A stretch of 58,650 bases of DNA from Pseudomonadota bacterium (GTDB taxonomy: Bacteria > Bdellovibrionota_G > JALEGL01 > DATDPG01). The notes below the pieces were generated by a model that was given only the letters and a program-made list of their open reading frames with translations, was not told where the DNA came from and did no database searches. The position numbers were made by a program, and so were the translations under genes. This document shows positions 23,343 to 32,726 of the stretch, piece by piece (positions within the stretch are counted from its first letter, which is position 1; each line of letters begins with the position of its first letter). The DNA lies in assembly GCA_043809315.1 (NCBI GenBank), contig JAZDDX010000021.1:1-58650 (forward strand), given 5' to 3'.

Positions 23343-24061
23343 CAGGGGATGCCGAGCCCGAAGTCGATCTCGCCGCCGCCGGCCACGAGGACGTCATGCT
23401 GCCCCACGAGGTTCAGGCTCTGGCCGGTGAACTTGATGCGGTACGACCCGGCGGGGACGTTGAAAATGATGTACGAACATTGTCGATCGCCCATCCCTCC
23501 TGTCTTGGGTACCCCGTCGTTGTCGAAATAGATCGGCGCGTCTGCCGTCGCGGGGGATCCATCGGCCGCATTCAGAAGCTGGACGGCCGCAATTGCGGCA
23601 CACTTCCCCTGCCCTCCGGTCGGATCGACCTGCCCCATGACAACCCCAAGGTTCGAATCGATGGCCGGGATGAAGTGGGGCACGACATTCTCCTTGATCG
23701 ATTGAACGGTCCCGACCGGAACGGCCGCGAGCTGCAATGCCTCGGAGCCGTCGTTCTTGAACGGAAAGGAGGTGACCGGGTCGAGGGAGGGGTCGCTGAC
23801 GCGGAACAAATAAATTTCCCCCTGGGTGAGTCCGCTCACGCGGAGCGCGAGCGATTGGGAAGTCGTTCCGGCCGTGTCGAAATCGACCCGGATTGCCGCC
23901 TGGTTCTTTCCCGTGATGCCGATCGTCGGCTTGGACGGGACGGTCTTCGCCGAGTCGGTCGAAACGAGAATTCCGGACAAGGAGGAGCCGGACTTGGCAC
24001 AAGTTGCGGCTCCTGCCGCGGCGGCGACGAGAACCCCTATTCCGTAGTGACGGAGTCGCAT
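23342..24061 (-). CDS. Hypothetical exported/lipoprotein with beta-sandwich (carboxypeptidase-regulatory-like) C-terminus
   Basis: Start revised to ATG 24061 (MRLRHYGIGVLVAAAAGAATC); YIIFNVPAGSYRIKF motif; overlaps both neighbours. Confidence 0.65.
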   Translation of the reverse strand: MRLRHYGIGVLVAAAAGAATCAKSGSSLSGILVSTDSAKTVPSKPTIGITGKNQAAIRVDFDTAGTTSQSLALRVSGLTQGEIYLFRVSDPSLDPVTSFPFKNDGSEALQLAAVPVGTVQSIKENVVPHFIPAIDSNLGVVMGQVDPTGGQGKCAAIAAVQLLNAADGSPATADAPIYFDNDGVPKTGGMGDRQCSYIIFNVPAGSYRIKFTGQSLNLVGQHDVLVAGGGEIDFGLGIP

Positions 24062-27000
24062 CCGGGTTCTCCCGCGAGGGAATCGTACATGATGAATCGA
24101 TTCATCTTTCGGTCGGGGTTGGTGCCGTTCCACAGTTTCCGATTGATCTTCCGGATCCGCAACTCGTACGGTCCGGTCGTGTTCTCGATCCCCCCGACGA
24201 TGATCGTGTAGCTCTTCCCCGGAGTTAAGTGCAGAACCTGTTGGGCAGACGAAGTCCCGTAGGGACCGCAAGTATCGCCCGCGCATGGGGTCGTGTCGGT
24301 CTCGACGTTCGTGTAGATTCTTTGGCTTCCCGAGGTATCCCAGACCGCAAGGGCGGAGTTGTTGAGGCTCCCCTGGAGATTCCCCCGGATGTGAGGTTCC
24401 CTCGGGGTAACGTTCCCCCAGAGGATCGATCCTTCTCCGGTCTTGACCGTCCATTGGTTCAAGTTGTTCCCTTCATCCACCCCGACGCAATTGCTGTCGC
24501 TATCGCGACTGTCGCGATCGACCGCAAAGACGTCACCGTCGTCGTATTTGGCATCGAGGAAAGTGTCTTCGTCGGCACCTCCGATCCCAATCCGCCCTCG
24601 GGCCATCTCCGACAGGATCTGTTCCGGAAGGGATGCGGGTACCGTGATCTCCCCAGCGGCAAGAAAATCATCCGGGGAATCGGGTACTGTGTCGGGGGGA
24701 GGCGGAATCGGGGCGCTCGACGTGAGGAGGTGGCAGTTCATCGTGAGGCCGTTCACGCTTCTCGGATCGTACGGAGGGGTCGTCTCATCTCCGACCGGAG
24801 GATAGGCCGGAACGGGCAAGAGGAATTCCCGCGCAAAGAGGACATCCGGGTAGGGCGAGCCGTCGTACGAGATCTCCATGAAGGTATCGGTCCCGTAGCG
24901 GTCGTTCAGCCACTCATACCCTCCCAAACTGGACGGCGAGGTTTCGAGATCTGTAACGGGAAAAAGACCGCCTGTGCCGTACCCGGCGGTGTCAACGCCG
25001 ACCGGAGGCTTTTCGATCAGATCCGGCGTGGTGTCGCAGTCCCAGCCGAGAATATTCCCGTTCCATGGCCCGAAGGTTATGGGTGGCCCGGGGCTGGTCA
25101 TGACGGGAATCGTCCCGGTATTTTCAACCAGGCCCTCGTAAACCAGTTTCGGGGAATCGACCTCGTCCCTCACGACACAGCGGCTGCCGACGATGTTCGT
25201 ATAAAGATCTGGGTTGGGGGGGGGTTGGGCAACTGGCGGGTCGCCCCCCTGATCATCCCCGCAGATCAACTGTGACGTCATCCAGCGGTACGGCTGGCGC
25301 GTGTCGGTGTTGCCGACAACGGGCCCCCGGATCGGATGCGGGAGGTACGGATACGGCACATCCTTGGATGAGACGATCGCCAGCATCGGTTTGAGGGACG
25401 AGGTGTCGGAACCGTTGTCGAACTGACGCCGGACGATCACCGCCAAATCCCCTTCGTCGGTGCGTCCGACGAGATCGGGGACGTCGAGGATATATTTGTC
25501 GGTATCCGGCGCTGTCGTCGATGTTGCGCATTCATCATAATCCGCAGGGCAGACCGCGATTGTGCCGGGGGCGTCGATCTTGCCGATGATCGAGAGAAAC
25601 TCCTGCGCTTCCTCCCCGACGTCTGCGCTGTCAACGAGGCTTGCGTAGTCGATCTTCTTGGCGATCCCCTCACCGGTCCAGTACGGGTTCGGCCCGGCCG
25701 TCTGAAGATCCTCGGCATGCTGGTCGATGGAGCCGAAAATGCTCTCGGAATAGACCCGCGGGTAGGTGATGTTGGAGCGGCGGATCAGGAACCCCTTGAG
25801 CGCGGAGCTCGACCCCTTCAGCGAAATCGTCTGGACCGCCTGAAACAGTCCTCCGAGGCGGACATACATCGCGGCATACGGGTAGACATATCCGAAGAGT
25901 GTGTTCCCGGGGGCGAGGAGGTGTTCGTCGGTGTTCTCGAACCGGATGCCATCCTCGTAGACGAACGTATTGAGGTCCATCCCGATATGGCCGGAGCCGC
26001 CCAAGCGGATGCTCCCCGTTCCGTCGTCGATCGTCGTGGGTCCGTAGACCGTCTCATCCTCCGGCGTGAACCGATAGTAGTACTTGACCGCCGTCTGTCC
26101 CGTTTGCTGGAGGTCGGCGCGATCGGTCCCGCTGGTCGCCAGAGCGATCGTCCAATCCTTGAAGATCGCCTGGAACTTCGTCTCCTTCGCCGAATCGAAC
26201 GAAAAATCGGCTGCCTCTTCAAGATTCTCCGTCCCGGTTTTTCCGGACACGAGAAGCTTCTGAAAGACGGAAAGGCCGTCGGCATATCCGTCCCCATCGC
26301 TGTCGGTGAACGGTTTGTCGATCTGTGACTGGAGGTAATAGAGCATGAACAGGTAGTTGAGCCCGGTCGTGGCGGGCTGATCGAGATCGTCGGAAACGCG
26401 AAGATCGTGGAGCTGGGGGGTCGCGAGGAACCGCCAGACCGCCGATCGCCAGATGTTGAACCCGCAGAGGTCGGCCATGACGGCCCCCATACCGTCGTCG
26501 ATCCAGTCGTCCTCCGCAGCCGCCTCACTGACGAAGACATGCTGGTTGAAGCTGATGATTTTCGTCGTCTGGAAGGCAAGCCAGGCGGCGAGGCTCTTGT
26601 TGACATAAGAATCGGCCGGGAGTCCGAACCAGGTTTCGGAATCACCGAACAGTTTGTTCATGTAGTTTCCCAAGGAGTCGGGGGCGTGAACGAAAATGAC
26701 CTCTTTCTCGTTCGATCCGGGATTGGAGATCGGATCGAACGGAAGAAGATTCCGGGAGTCGAAGTACGAAGCTGTGTGGATATCTCGATTCAGGATCGGG
26801 GTGATCACGACATCGATCCGGGTATTGACGTCGACGTCGGAGGGGTTCCCCAAAAGGAGTTTGAGCAGCGGATAGATGTTCCCGTCGAAGATGTCCGCGG
26901 CAAGCTTGAGATGCACGTTGTTCAAGGTATCCATGTTTCCGCAGAGGGGAATCGGGGGGGTCAGGACCGTGGCTGTTGTGAAGCAGTACGGTGCGTCGCG

Positions 27001-27708
27001 ATCCATCCAGAGGTTGATATTCAATCCTTGGTACCGAAGGATCGCCGAGGTGGTGGTGAACACTTTTGAATCGCTCACGCTCGAACGGATCCGGAATTCA
27101 GCTTCATCCCCCGGGCCTGCCGCGCGGGGTGTCGTCATTCCCAAGAGAGAACGGACCGAGGGGGAAACCCGGGGGATCGTTTTGAAACGGGCCATCTGTT
27201 GGGCTTCGCGATCGGTCGGCTTGGCACCCGTCGGTTGATCGGAGCTTGCGACCGGGGGCTTGAGCGGTTCGTTCTCGTCGACGGCCGGGTTTTGCCGTGT
27301 CCGGGTAAGGGCCGACGTCGCGATCGGGGTCGACTCGATCGGCGCGAAGAGTTGGAAGCTCAGCGGAGATCCGCTCGTATTGTACAGGATGAGGGTGTAC
27401 TCTTCCTTCCGGTTGTCTTTCGGCGTGTCGCAGGTGGCGTCGGAATTGACGAGAGGGAAACGAGCTTTGCCGCCGGAATCGACATCGACCCGCGCGACAT
27501 CCCCCGGTTGACACAGGCCGGCTTTCGTTCCGATGACCACCGTATCACCCGAACCCGGCGTCGTCGGTGTCGCATTCGGTGTCGGGACGGCGGTCGGGGT
27601 TCCTCCTCCTCCCCCGCCCCCTCCGCCGCAAGCTGCCAGAGCCAGAAGCGAACCTAAAAGGGGTCCAAAAAGGTTGAATCGGGAAATTCTGGTCATCCAG
27701 GTCTCCAT
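24037..27708 (-). CDS. 1223-aa lipoprotein with degenerate M30/hyicolysin-like metallopeptidase domain and Cys-rich C-terminus
   Basis: Lipobox LAAC then a poly-Gly run; GNPSDVD.N.RI, YFD, SNEKEV, FNQH, W..DG context; C-terminal PPC-like LTPGKSYTIIVGG...GPYEL. Confidence 0.75.
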   Translation of the reverse strand: METWMTRISRFNLFGPLLGSLLALAACGGGGGGGGGTPTAVPTPNATPTTPGSGDTVVIGTKAGLCQPGDVARVDVDSGGKARFPLVNSDATCDTPKDNRKEEYTLILYNTSGSPLSFQLFAPIESTPIATSALTRTRQNPAVDENEPLKPPVASSDQPTGAKPTDREAQQMARFKTIPRVSPSVRSLLGMTTPRAAGPGDEAEFRIRSSVSDSKVFTTTSAILRYQGLNINLWMDRDAPYCFTTATVLTPPIPLCGNMDTLNNVHLKLAADIFDGNIYPLLKLLLGNPSDVDVNTRIDVVITPILNRDIHTASYFDSRNLLPFDPISNPGSNEKEVIFVHAPDSLGNYMNKLFGDSETWFGLPADSYVNKSLAAWLAFQTTKIISFNQHVFVSEAAAEDDWIDDGMGAVMADLCGFNIWRSAVWRFLATPQLHDLRVSDDLDQPATTGLNYLFMLYYLQSQIDKPFTDSDGDGYADGLSVFQKLLVSGKTGTENLEEAADFSFDSAKETKFQAIFKDWTIALATSGTDRADLQQTGQTAVKYYYRFTPEDETVYGPTTIDDGTGSIRLGGSGHIGMDLNTFVYEDGIRFENTDEHLLAPGNTLFGYVYPYAAMYVRLGGLFQAVQTISLKGSSSALKGFLIRRSNITYPRVYSESIFGSIDQHAEDLQTAGPNPYWTGEGIAKKIDYASLVDSADVGEEAQEFLSIIGKIDAPGTIAVCPADYDECATSTTAPDTDKYILDVPDLVGRTDEGDLAVIVRRQFDNGSDTSSLKPMLAIVSSKDVPYPYLPHPIRGPVVGNTDTRQPYRWMTSQLICGDDQGGDPPVAQPPPNPDLYTNIVGSRCVVRDEVDSPKLVYEGLVENTGTIPVMTSPGPPITFGPWNGNILGWDCDTTPDLIEKPPVGVDTAGYGTGGLFPVTDLETSPSSLGGYEWLNDRYGTDTFMEISYDGSPYPDVLFAREFLLPVPAYPPVGDETTPPYDPRSVNGLTMNCHLLTSSAPIPPPPDTVPDSPDDFLAAGEITVPASLPEQILSEMARGRIGIGGADEDTFLDAKYDDGDVFAVDRDSRDSDSNCVGVDEGNNLNQWTVKTGEGSILWGNVTPREPHIRGNLQGSLNNSALAVWDTSGSQRIYTNVETDTTPCAGDTCGPYGTSSAQQVLHLTPGKSYTIIVGGIENTTGPYELRIRKINRKLWNGTNPDRKMNRFIMYDSLAGEPGCDSVTTE

Positions 27709-27814
27709 GATAGATGCCGGAAGAACATCCCCTTGCCCGGCGGGACGGGCTCGATGGGATTGTGAAGTACGAGGAGTTCTAATAACTTAATCATACTAAG
27801 GAAGGGGCTTCGGA

Positions 27815-29275
27815 CTGTCAATCGCACGGAAGATCTCGACGTTTCACCGAACGATTTCAGATCGTCTTCCCCCAAGGGGGGAACTATCTGGGATCCCGGC
27901 GTACGTGGTGATTCTCTGGGCGAAGCAGCAGTCGTTCACCGGCCTCCTGACCTTCGAGCGGGATACCCGGGTCAAACATCTGTACCTGGAGAACGGCGCG
28001 GTCATCGGTTCCCGATCCAACCTGATCTCGGAAGACACGGCCGGACTTCCGGAACGTCTCATTACCTTGGCCGGATGGTTCAGCGGCCGGTACTCCGTTC
28101 ACCCGGGGGTCTCCGTCCCATCCGAGGACCCGACCCCTCCTCCGATCCCCCTCTCCGACTTTTTTTCCGAACTGGAGCTTTTTCTCTTGTCCGGAAAAAT
28201 CCCCGAGCGCGCACTTGTTCCCGTAGATGACCTCCCGGTGAAAGGGTCGTTCCGGGAGACGAGCGGCGCCGGGCTTTTTTTCTCGCTGGCACTCCGCGGA
28301 GCGACCGGTCGTCTGCTTTTCGCACGCGGACAGCGAAAGAAACTGTTCGAACTGGAACGCGGGGTGATCCTGTCCGCTTCGTCCAGTGATCCCCGGGAGA
28401 CGCTGGCGGAGGTCCTTCGGCGTTGCCAGATCCTTCCGTTCGAGAAGATCCGCCGGCTCGAATCGATCTGCCTGGCGCAGAAGGCGCGGTTCCGGGACCT
28501 CCTGCGGGAAGGAAACTTTTTGTCCGAATCGGGGGTTTCGTCGGCCCTTCTGATCCTCCATTCGGAACGCGTTCTCGAGGCGTTCTCCTGGAGATCGGGG
28601 AACTACGAGTTCCGGGGGGAGTTCGTCGAAGAGCCGAGTCAGAGACTCGCCACGTACGGCGCCGTTTCAACCGAGGGGGCCGTGCCGGCGGAACGGCAGG
28701 AGCCGACGGAAAAGGAGCTGCTTCTCGTTCCGGATCACCTCAAGGAGACCGCCGGCGCGCTTACAGAACTGTTCGGCCCGCCGCCGAACAATTCGCTCCT
28801 GCTGGCGTCCGAACCGGCCGGCGACTCTTTCGAGGGACTCCTCCGAGGAATCGCAGCCTGCTGGAAGGAGCGGGACGGCATCCGGACGCTGATCGTAACC
28901 GTTGGAGCGGAAGGATCGCGGGAGGCGACGGGATCGCTCCGGGAGAATCCGGGGGATTCGGCGAGATGGATCGGTTTTCCGGACGGAGCCGAGGGGGCGG
29001 CGATCCTGCGCCTTACGGAAACGGGGGGAATCGACTCGTTCGCGCCCCTCCGCCAGGATCTCGGAGCGCGCTTCGATCGGATCCTCTGGTCGGTCCCGAT
29101 CCCCGGGGAGCGGTCGCCCCTTCTTGATTTCGACGACCCGATCGTCCTGGTGTTGACCGCGAACCGGACAGAGAAAAAAAGAATGGCCGAACTGTTGGAG
29201 CGATTTTCCCCCGGTCGAATTGCCGGGTTCCTCTTCCGCGAGGTCAGCCGCCGTCGATCGCGTCGCCGACGGTGA
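27815..29275 (+). CDS. Tandem DUF4388/PatA-N-like protein with degenerate MinD/CpsD-like C-terminal domain (start uncertain: CTG 27815 or GTG 27905)
   Basis: Two units of TG.L.F.R....K.L.LE.G.VI...S; F.WRSG.YEF. Frame is open back to TAA at 27797. Confidence 0.7.
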   Translation: MSIARKISTFHRTISDRLPPRGELSGIPAYVVILWAKQQSFTGLLTFERDTRVKHLYLENGAVIGSRSNLISEDTAGLPERLITLAGWFSGRYSVHPGVSVPSEDPTPPPIPLSDFFSELELFLLSGKIPERALVPVDDLPVKGSFRETSGAGLFFSLALRGATGRLLFARGQRKKLFELERGVILSASSSDPRETLAEVLRRCQILPFEKIRRLESICLAQKARFRDLLREGNFLSESGVSSALLILHSERVLEAFSWRSGNYEFRGEFVEEPSQRLATYGAVSTEGAVPAERQEPTEKELLLVPDHLKETAGALTELFGPPPNNSLLLASEPAGDSFEGLLRGIAACWKERDGIRTLIVTVGAEGSREATGSLRENPGDSARWIGFPDGAEGAAILRLTETGGIDSFAPLRQDLGARFDRILWSVPIPGERSPLLDFDDPIVLVLTANRTEKKRMAELLERFSPGRIAGFLFREVSRRRSRRRR

Positions 29276-30899
29276 AGTCGAGGATCAGCCGTTGGAACTC
29301 ACGACGGGCGAACGGGCGGCGGATCCCTTTCCGGGCCTGTTCTCCGAATGCCGGATCGGTGGCGAGCGTCCGGTAGACCTCGATCGCTTCGGACCGCTTT
29401 CGGCCGGCATCGAGAATCCGTGCGTGCGTGAACGCGGTTCGTGCGGCGGGATATCCCGCTTCCGGGAGGGCCCTCCCCCTCCGGATCGTGTGTTCGGCCG
29501 CTTCGAAATCCCCACGCATTCCCTGAACCACGGACAACATGAGAAGATACAGACCTTCCTCGGGAGCCGCGTCCGATGCCTCCCGCAGGTGTCGTTCGAC
29601 CTCCAGGAGGTCTCCGCCGGGGAAATAGGTTTCGTACGCGTCGTGATAGGCCCGCCGTCCTCTCGCGGCGGCATCCTCGGCATCTGCCGGCCGGGTCAAT
29701 CCCAGTCGGAACGGCGAACCGAAGCACCGGTGTGCGTGAAACGGCTCCTTCGAAACGGGGGGGGAGCCGCAGGCGAGATGGAAGCGTCGCTCCGCCGGCT
29801 CGAACACGACGGAGGAAACGGTATGGACCTGGGCCACGGTTCCGCCGAACCCGCTCTCTCGCTCACCCGTCCGGTCGCAGCTGTCGGATAGGATTTCCGC
29901 CATGCGCAGGGGGTCGATCGGCGTCGGTTTCGAAAGGAGATCGCGACAGCGTGCGTATCGCGCTTCGGTATCGAGCTTTCGTCCCGGGGAAATCCAGTAT
30001 TCCTGGGACGCGACATCGGAGAGCAGAAAGTGATTCGTGCAGACGAGAGGTTCGTCGGCCATCCACCGAACCCCGAACTGCTTGGCGTCGCATTCGACGA
30101 CGGCCGCTTTTCGTTCACGGTGCGAGGTCAGCGTAAAGGTCCATCCGGCCCCTTTCGGATAATCGCGAACGATTGCGATCGCCTCGTCGATCGTGCCGGC
30201 GCGGCGGATCACTTCGTGGCCGATCGAAAGAATGGGAATTCCCTCCGTCGTGACACGCCGCGAATAATTCATGTTGATTGCGAGCGTCAGGCCTGCCTCG
30301 TTCATCGAGGTTACGCCGGCGGTCTCGACGCCGAGCGACGTAACGGACAGGTATTTCTGTCCCCCTTCGGGGGCATATTCCACGACCGCAGGGAAGTCGC
30401 TCCAGCGAGTGCCCCCGGGGAAATCGAGGTTGCGAGCGTGGAGCAACCCCTCCCGGGCACGGGCGTTCGAGAACGCGACGGCCGTCGTACACCCCCATCC
30501 CGCCCCCGCGAGCTGGGCCGGTCTCCCCCAGGTGAAGCGTTTCGCAAGAAGGTAGGCGTAAACGTCCGGCATTACGTACGCGCGCAGGACCAGATCCGCC
30601 GGCAACCCGCTTCCCTCCGCGAGGCCCTCGAGGGTCTCGCGGTATCGCACCGGGATCTTCTCGATGAATGGGCGCTCGACCGCTTCGGCGATCCCACGCC
30701 GGGCGATGCCGCGCGCGAGGCGCGAGAGGGATCCCGGAACGCGAAACCGGAACACGAGATCGAGGAACGTTCCGAAAAATCGGATGCACTCGAGCGCCTC
30801 GGCGGCGCGAGCGGCACTGCCGTGGGTGCGCCCGATCTGACGGGGAGATCCCGAAAGATGAAGGAGCGCGACGGCTCTGGCGCCTTTCCTTTGCTCCAT
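29244..30899 (-). CDS. C45-family Ntn hydrolase/acyltransferase with C-terminal TPR
   Basis: G/CTT autocleavage site, HARNLDF, SMNEAGL, CTNHF; TPR-like tail. Start revised to ATG 30899. Confidence 0.85.
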   Translation of the reverse strand: MEQRKGARAVALLHLSGSPRQIGRTHGSAARAAEALECIRFFGTFLDLVFRFRVPGSLSRLARGIARRGIAEAVERPFIEKIPVRYRETLEGLAEGSGLPADLVLRAYVMPDVYAYLLAKRFTWGRPAQLAGAGWGCTTAVAFSNARAREGLLHARNLDFPGGTRWSDFPAVVEYAPEGGQKYLSVTSLGVETAGVTSMNEAGLTLAINMNYSRRVTTEGIPILSIGHEVIRRAGTIDEAIAIVRDYPKGAGWTFTLTSHRERKAAVVECDAKQFGVRWMADEPLVCTNHFLLSDVASQEYWISPGRKLDTEARYARCRDLLSKPTPIDPLRMAEILSDSCDRTGERESGFGGTVAQVHTVSSVVFEPAERRFHLACGSPPVSKEPFHAHRCFGSPFRLGLTRPADAEDAAARGRRAYHDAYETYFPGGDLLEVERHLREASDAAPEEGLYLLMLSVVQGMRGDFEAAEHTIRRGRALPEAGYPAARTAFTHARILDAGRKRSEAIEVYRTLATDPAFGEQARKGIRRPFARREFQRLILDFTVGDAIDGG

Positions 30900-30935
30900 T
30901 CTTGCTTTATACACTGTTAACGAAGGGTCCACCTC

Positions 30936-32726
30936 TTGTCGAAGCCTTCTGAAGCCGTCACCATCGAAGATCTCTGTCTCTTGGCGAACTCGTTCGCCGA
31001 ATTATCGGAGTACGACAAAGCGGTGGCGGTTTATGAGAGCGCTTGCCGCCTCTACCCCGCCGATCTTGCGTTACGGATCAATCTGGGGCGTGTGCGGAAT
31101 CTGAAAAGAGAGGCATTCGATTCGCCGGCCGACATTCTTCCCAAGGAGCGCCCCGCCGCGTCGAAAGATCTCTGGGCGAACCGGTATCAGGGGCTCGGCG
31201 AGATTTTCGTCCGGAACGGGCGGACGGCAGGGGCCAAGCAGATCTTCGAAATTTCCAAGGTGAGCAACCCGAATTTCTTTCTGCCCTATTTCAATCTGGG
31301 GACCCTCTATCTGAGGGCGAGGGAAATCACCCCCGCCGTCCGCGAGCTCGAACAGGCCCGACGCCTGAATCCGTTTCATGAAACGACCGTCGCACTTCTC
31401 GGGGACGCCTACTTCGAGCAGCGGGAATATCAGGAGGCTCTCTGCTGTTTCGTGGATGCGCTGATCCTCTCGGGGGAGGTCTCTCGGCACGAAGGGCCGT
31501 ATCGGAACAAGATCAAAGAGGTGATCCCCAAGATTTCCGGATTCACCCCGAAAATGAGGAACGATCTGATCCGGGAGAGGAGAAACCGGATCAACTCCCT
31601 GTACGAGGAGTTGGAGACCGAACTCACGAAGATCCTTCCGGAGAAAAAAGAGGCGGACGACCCATCGAAGAAGACGGCGGTTCCGGAACAGGTGGCTGAA
31701 GCCGTCGCGAAAGCGGAAGAAGTCGAGCGGGAGGAGGCTCGGCGGGCTTACAATGTCGCGGTTCAGATGAAACGACATCTGATCTTCCGGAACATGGCGG
31801 ATGAGGATGTCCTAAAGATCGCTCGGTTCACGTCCGAGATGCAGGTTCTCCAGGGGGAATTCGTCTATCCGGAAGAAGACCCGGTTTACGGCCTTTACTT
31901 TGTCAATGGCGGAAAGGTCGAGCTCCAGAAACAGACTGCGTTCGGGCCGATCGTCTTCTCGACGTTCGAGCGGGGGAGTTTTTTCGGGGACGACGTCTTA
32001 TTGAGTGGAAGGGAACGGTTCACGGGAGCGTTGGCGGTCCAGGAAAGTGACCTCCTCTTCCTCGACAAGGCGGGATTGGCGAACCTGTTCGCCCGGGAGC
32101 GGTCGATCGCGATTCATTTCCTCTGGTACTTCTGGAAGTCGCTCAGCCTCCAGATCCGGGAATCGAACGACCGGATGACGAGCTTTTTCGCGAACACCGA
32201 GGAGGAACCCCGAACCGATCGCGCCCTGGGCGCTACCGGCGGAAAAGCAACCCACGTCGAGATCGACAGGAAAATGGAGGTTCTCCATGCCAAGGGGCTT
32301 TCCTCGAAGGAACTCAGTCACATCGCCCGCCTGAGCAACGAGGAGACGTACAACCAGGGGGAGACGATCTTCCACGAAGGGGACCTCGGCGACCGGCTTT
32401 ACATCGTTCTTGCGGGGGCGGTCCTCATCAGCAAGAAGATCCCCGGAGCGGGGGATGAGGCCCTTGCGGTGCTCCGTACTGGAGATTTTTTCGGGGAGAT
32501 GGCCCTCGTCGGCCAGCATCACACTCGATCGGCCGATGCGCGGGCCCAGGAACAGGGAACGACCCTTCTCGTGATCAGCCGCGAGGCCCTCCGCGAAATC
32601 CTCTCGATCGACACGGCCTCCGCGTACCAGTTCCTGACGATCCTCTGCCGGATCTTGAGCCAGCGACTGCTCGAGATGAACGAGAAGGTTTACCAGTGGA
32701 GGATGATGTCGGGATCGTTCTCGTGA
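30936..32726 (+). CDS. TPR protein with two cyclic-nucleotide-binding domains, no HTH
   Basis: N-terminal TPRs; cNMP domains with FFGDD..L...ERF and IFHEGD.GD.LYI..FFGEMAL...RSADARA. Confidence 0.88.
   Translation: MSKPSEAVTIEDLCLLANSFAELSEYDKAVAVYESACRLYPADLALRINLGRVRNLKREAFDSPADILPKERPAASKDLWANRYQGLGEIFVRNGRTAGAKQIFEISKVSNPNFFLPYFNLGTLYLRAREITPAVRELEQARRLNPFHETTVALLGDAYFEQREYQEALCCFVDALILSGEVSRHEGPYRNKIKEVIPKISGFTPKMRNDLIRERRNRINSLYEELETELTKILPEKKEADDPSKKTAVPEQVAEAVAKAEEVEREEARRAYNVAVQMKRHLIFRNMADEDVLKIARFTSEMQVLQGEFVYPEEDPVYGLYFVNGGKVELQKQTAFGPIVFSTFERGSFFGDDVLLSGRERFTGALAVQESDLLFLDKAGLANLFARERSIAIHFLWYFWKSLSLQIRESNDRMTSFFANTEEEPRTDRALGATGGKATHVEIDRKMEVLHAKGLSSKELSHIARLSNEETYNQGETIFHEGDLGDRLYIVLAGAVLISKKIPGAGDEALAVLRTGDFFGEMALVGQHHTRSADARAQEQGTTLLVISREALREILSIDTASAYQFLTILCRILSQRLLEMNEKVYQWRMMSGSFS

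Noticed and set aside
27540-27630. Low-complexity CCT/CCG runs (also 14890-14990)
   Set aside because: They encode poly-Gly and Pro/Thr linkers; not a DNA repeat array or CRISPR.
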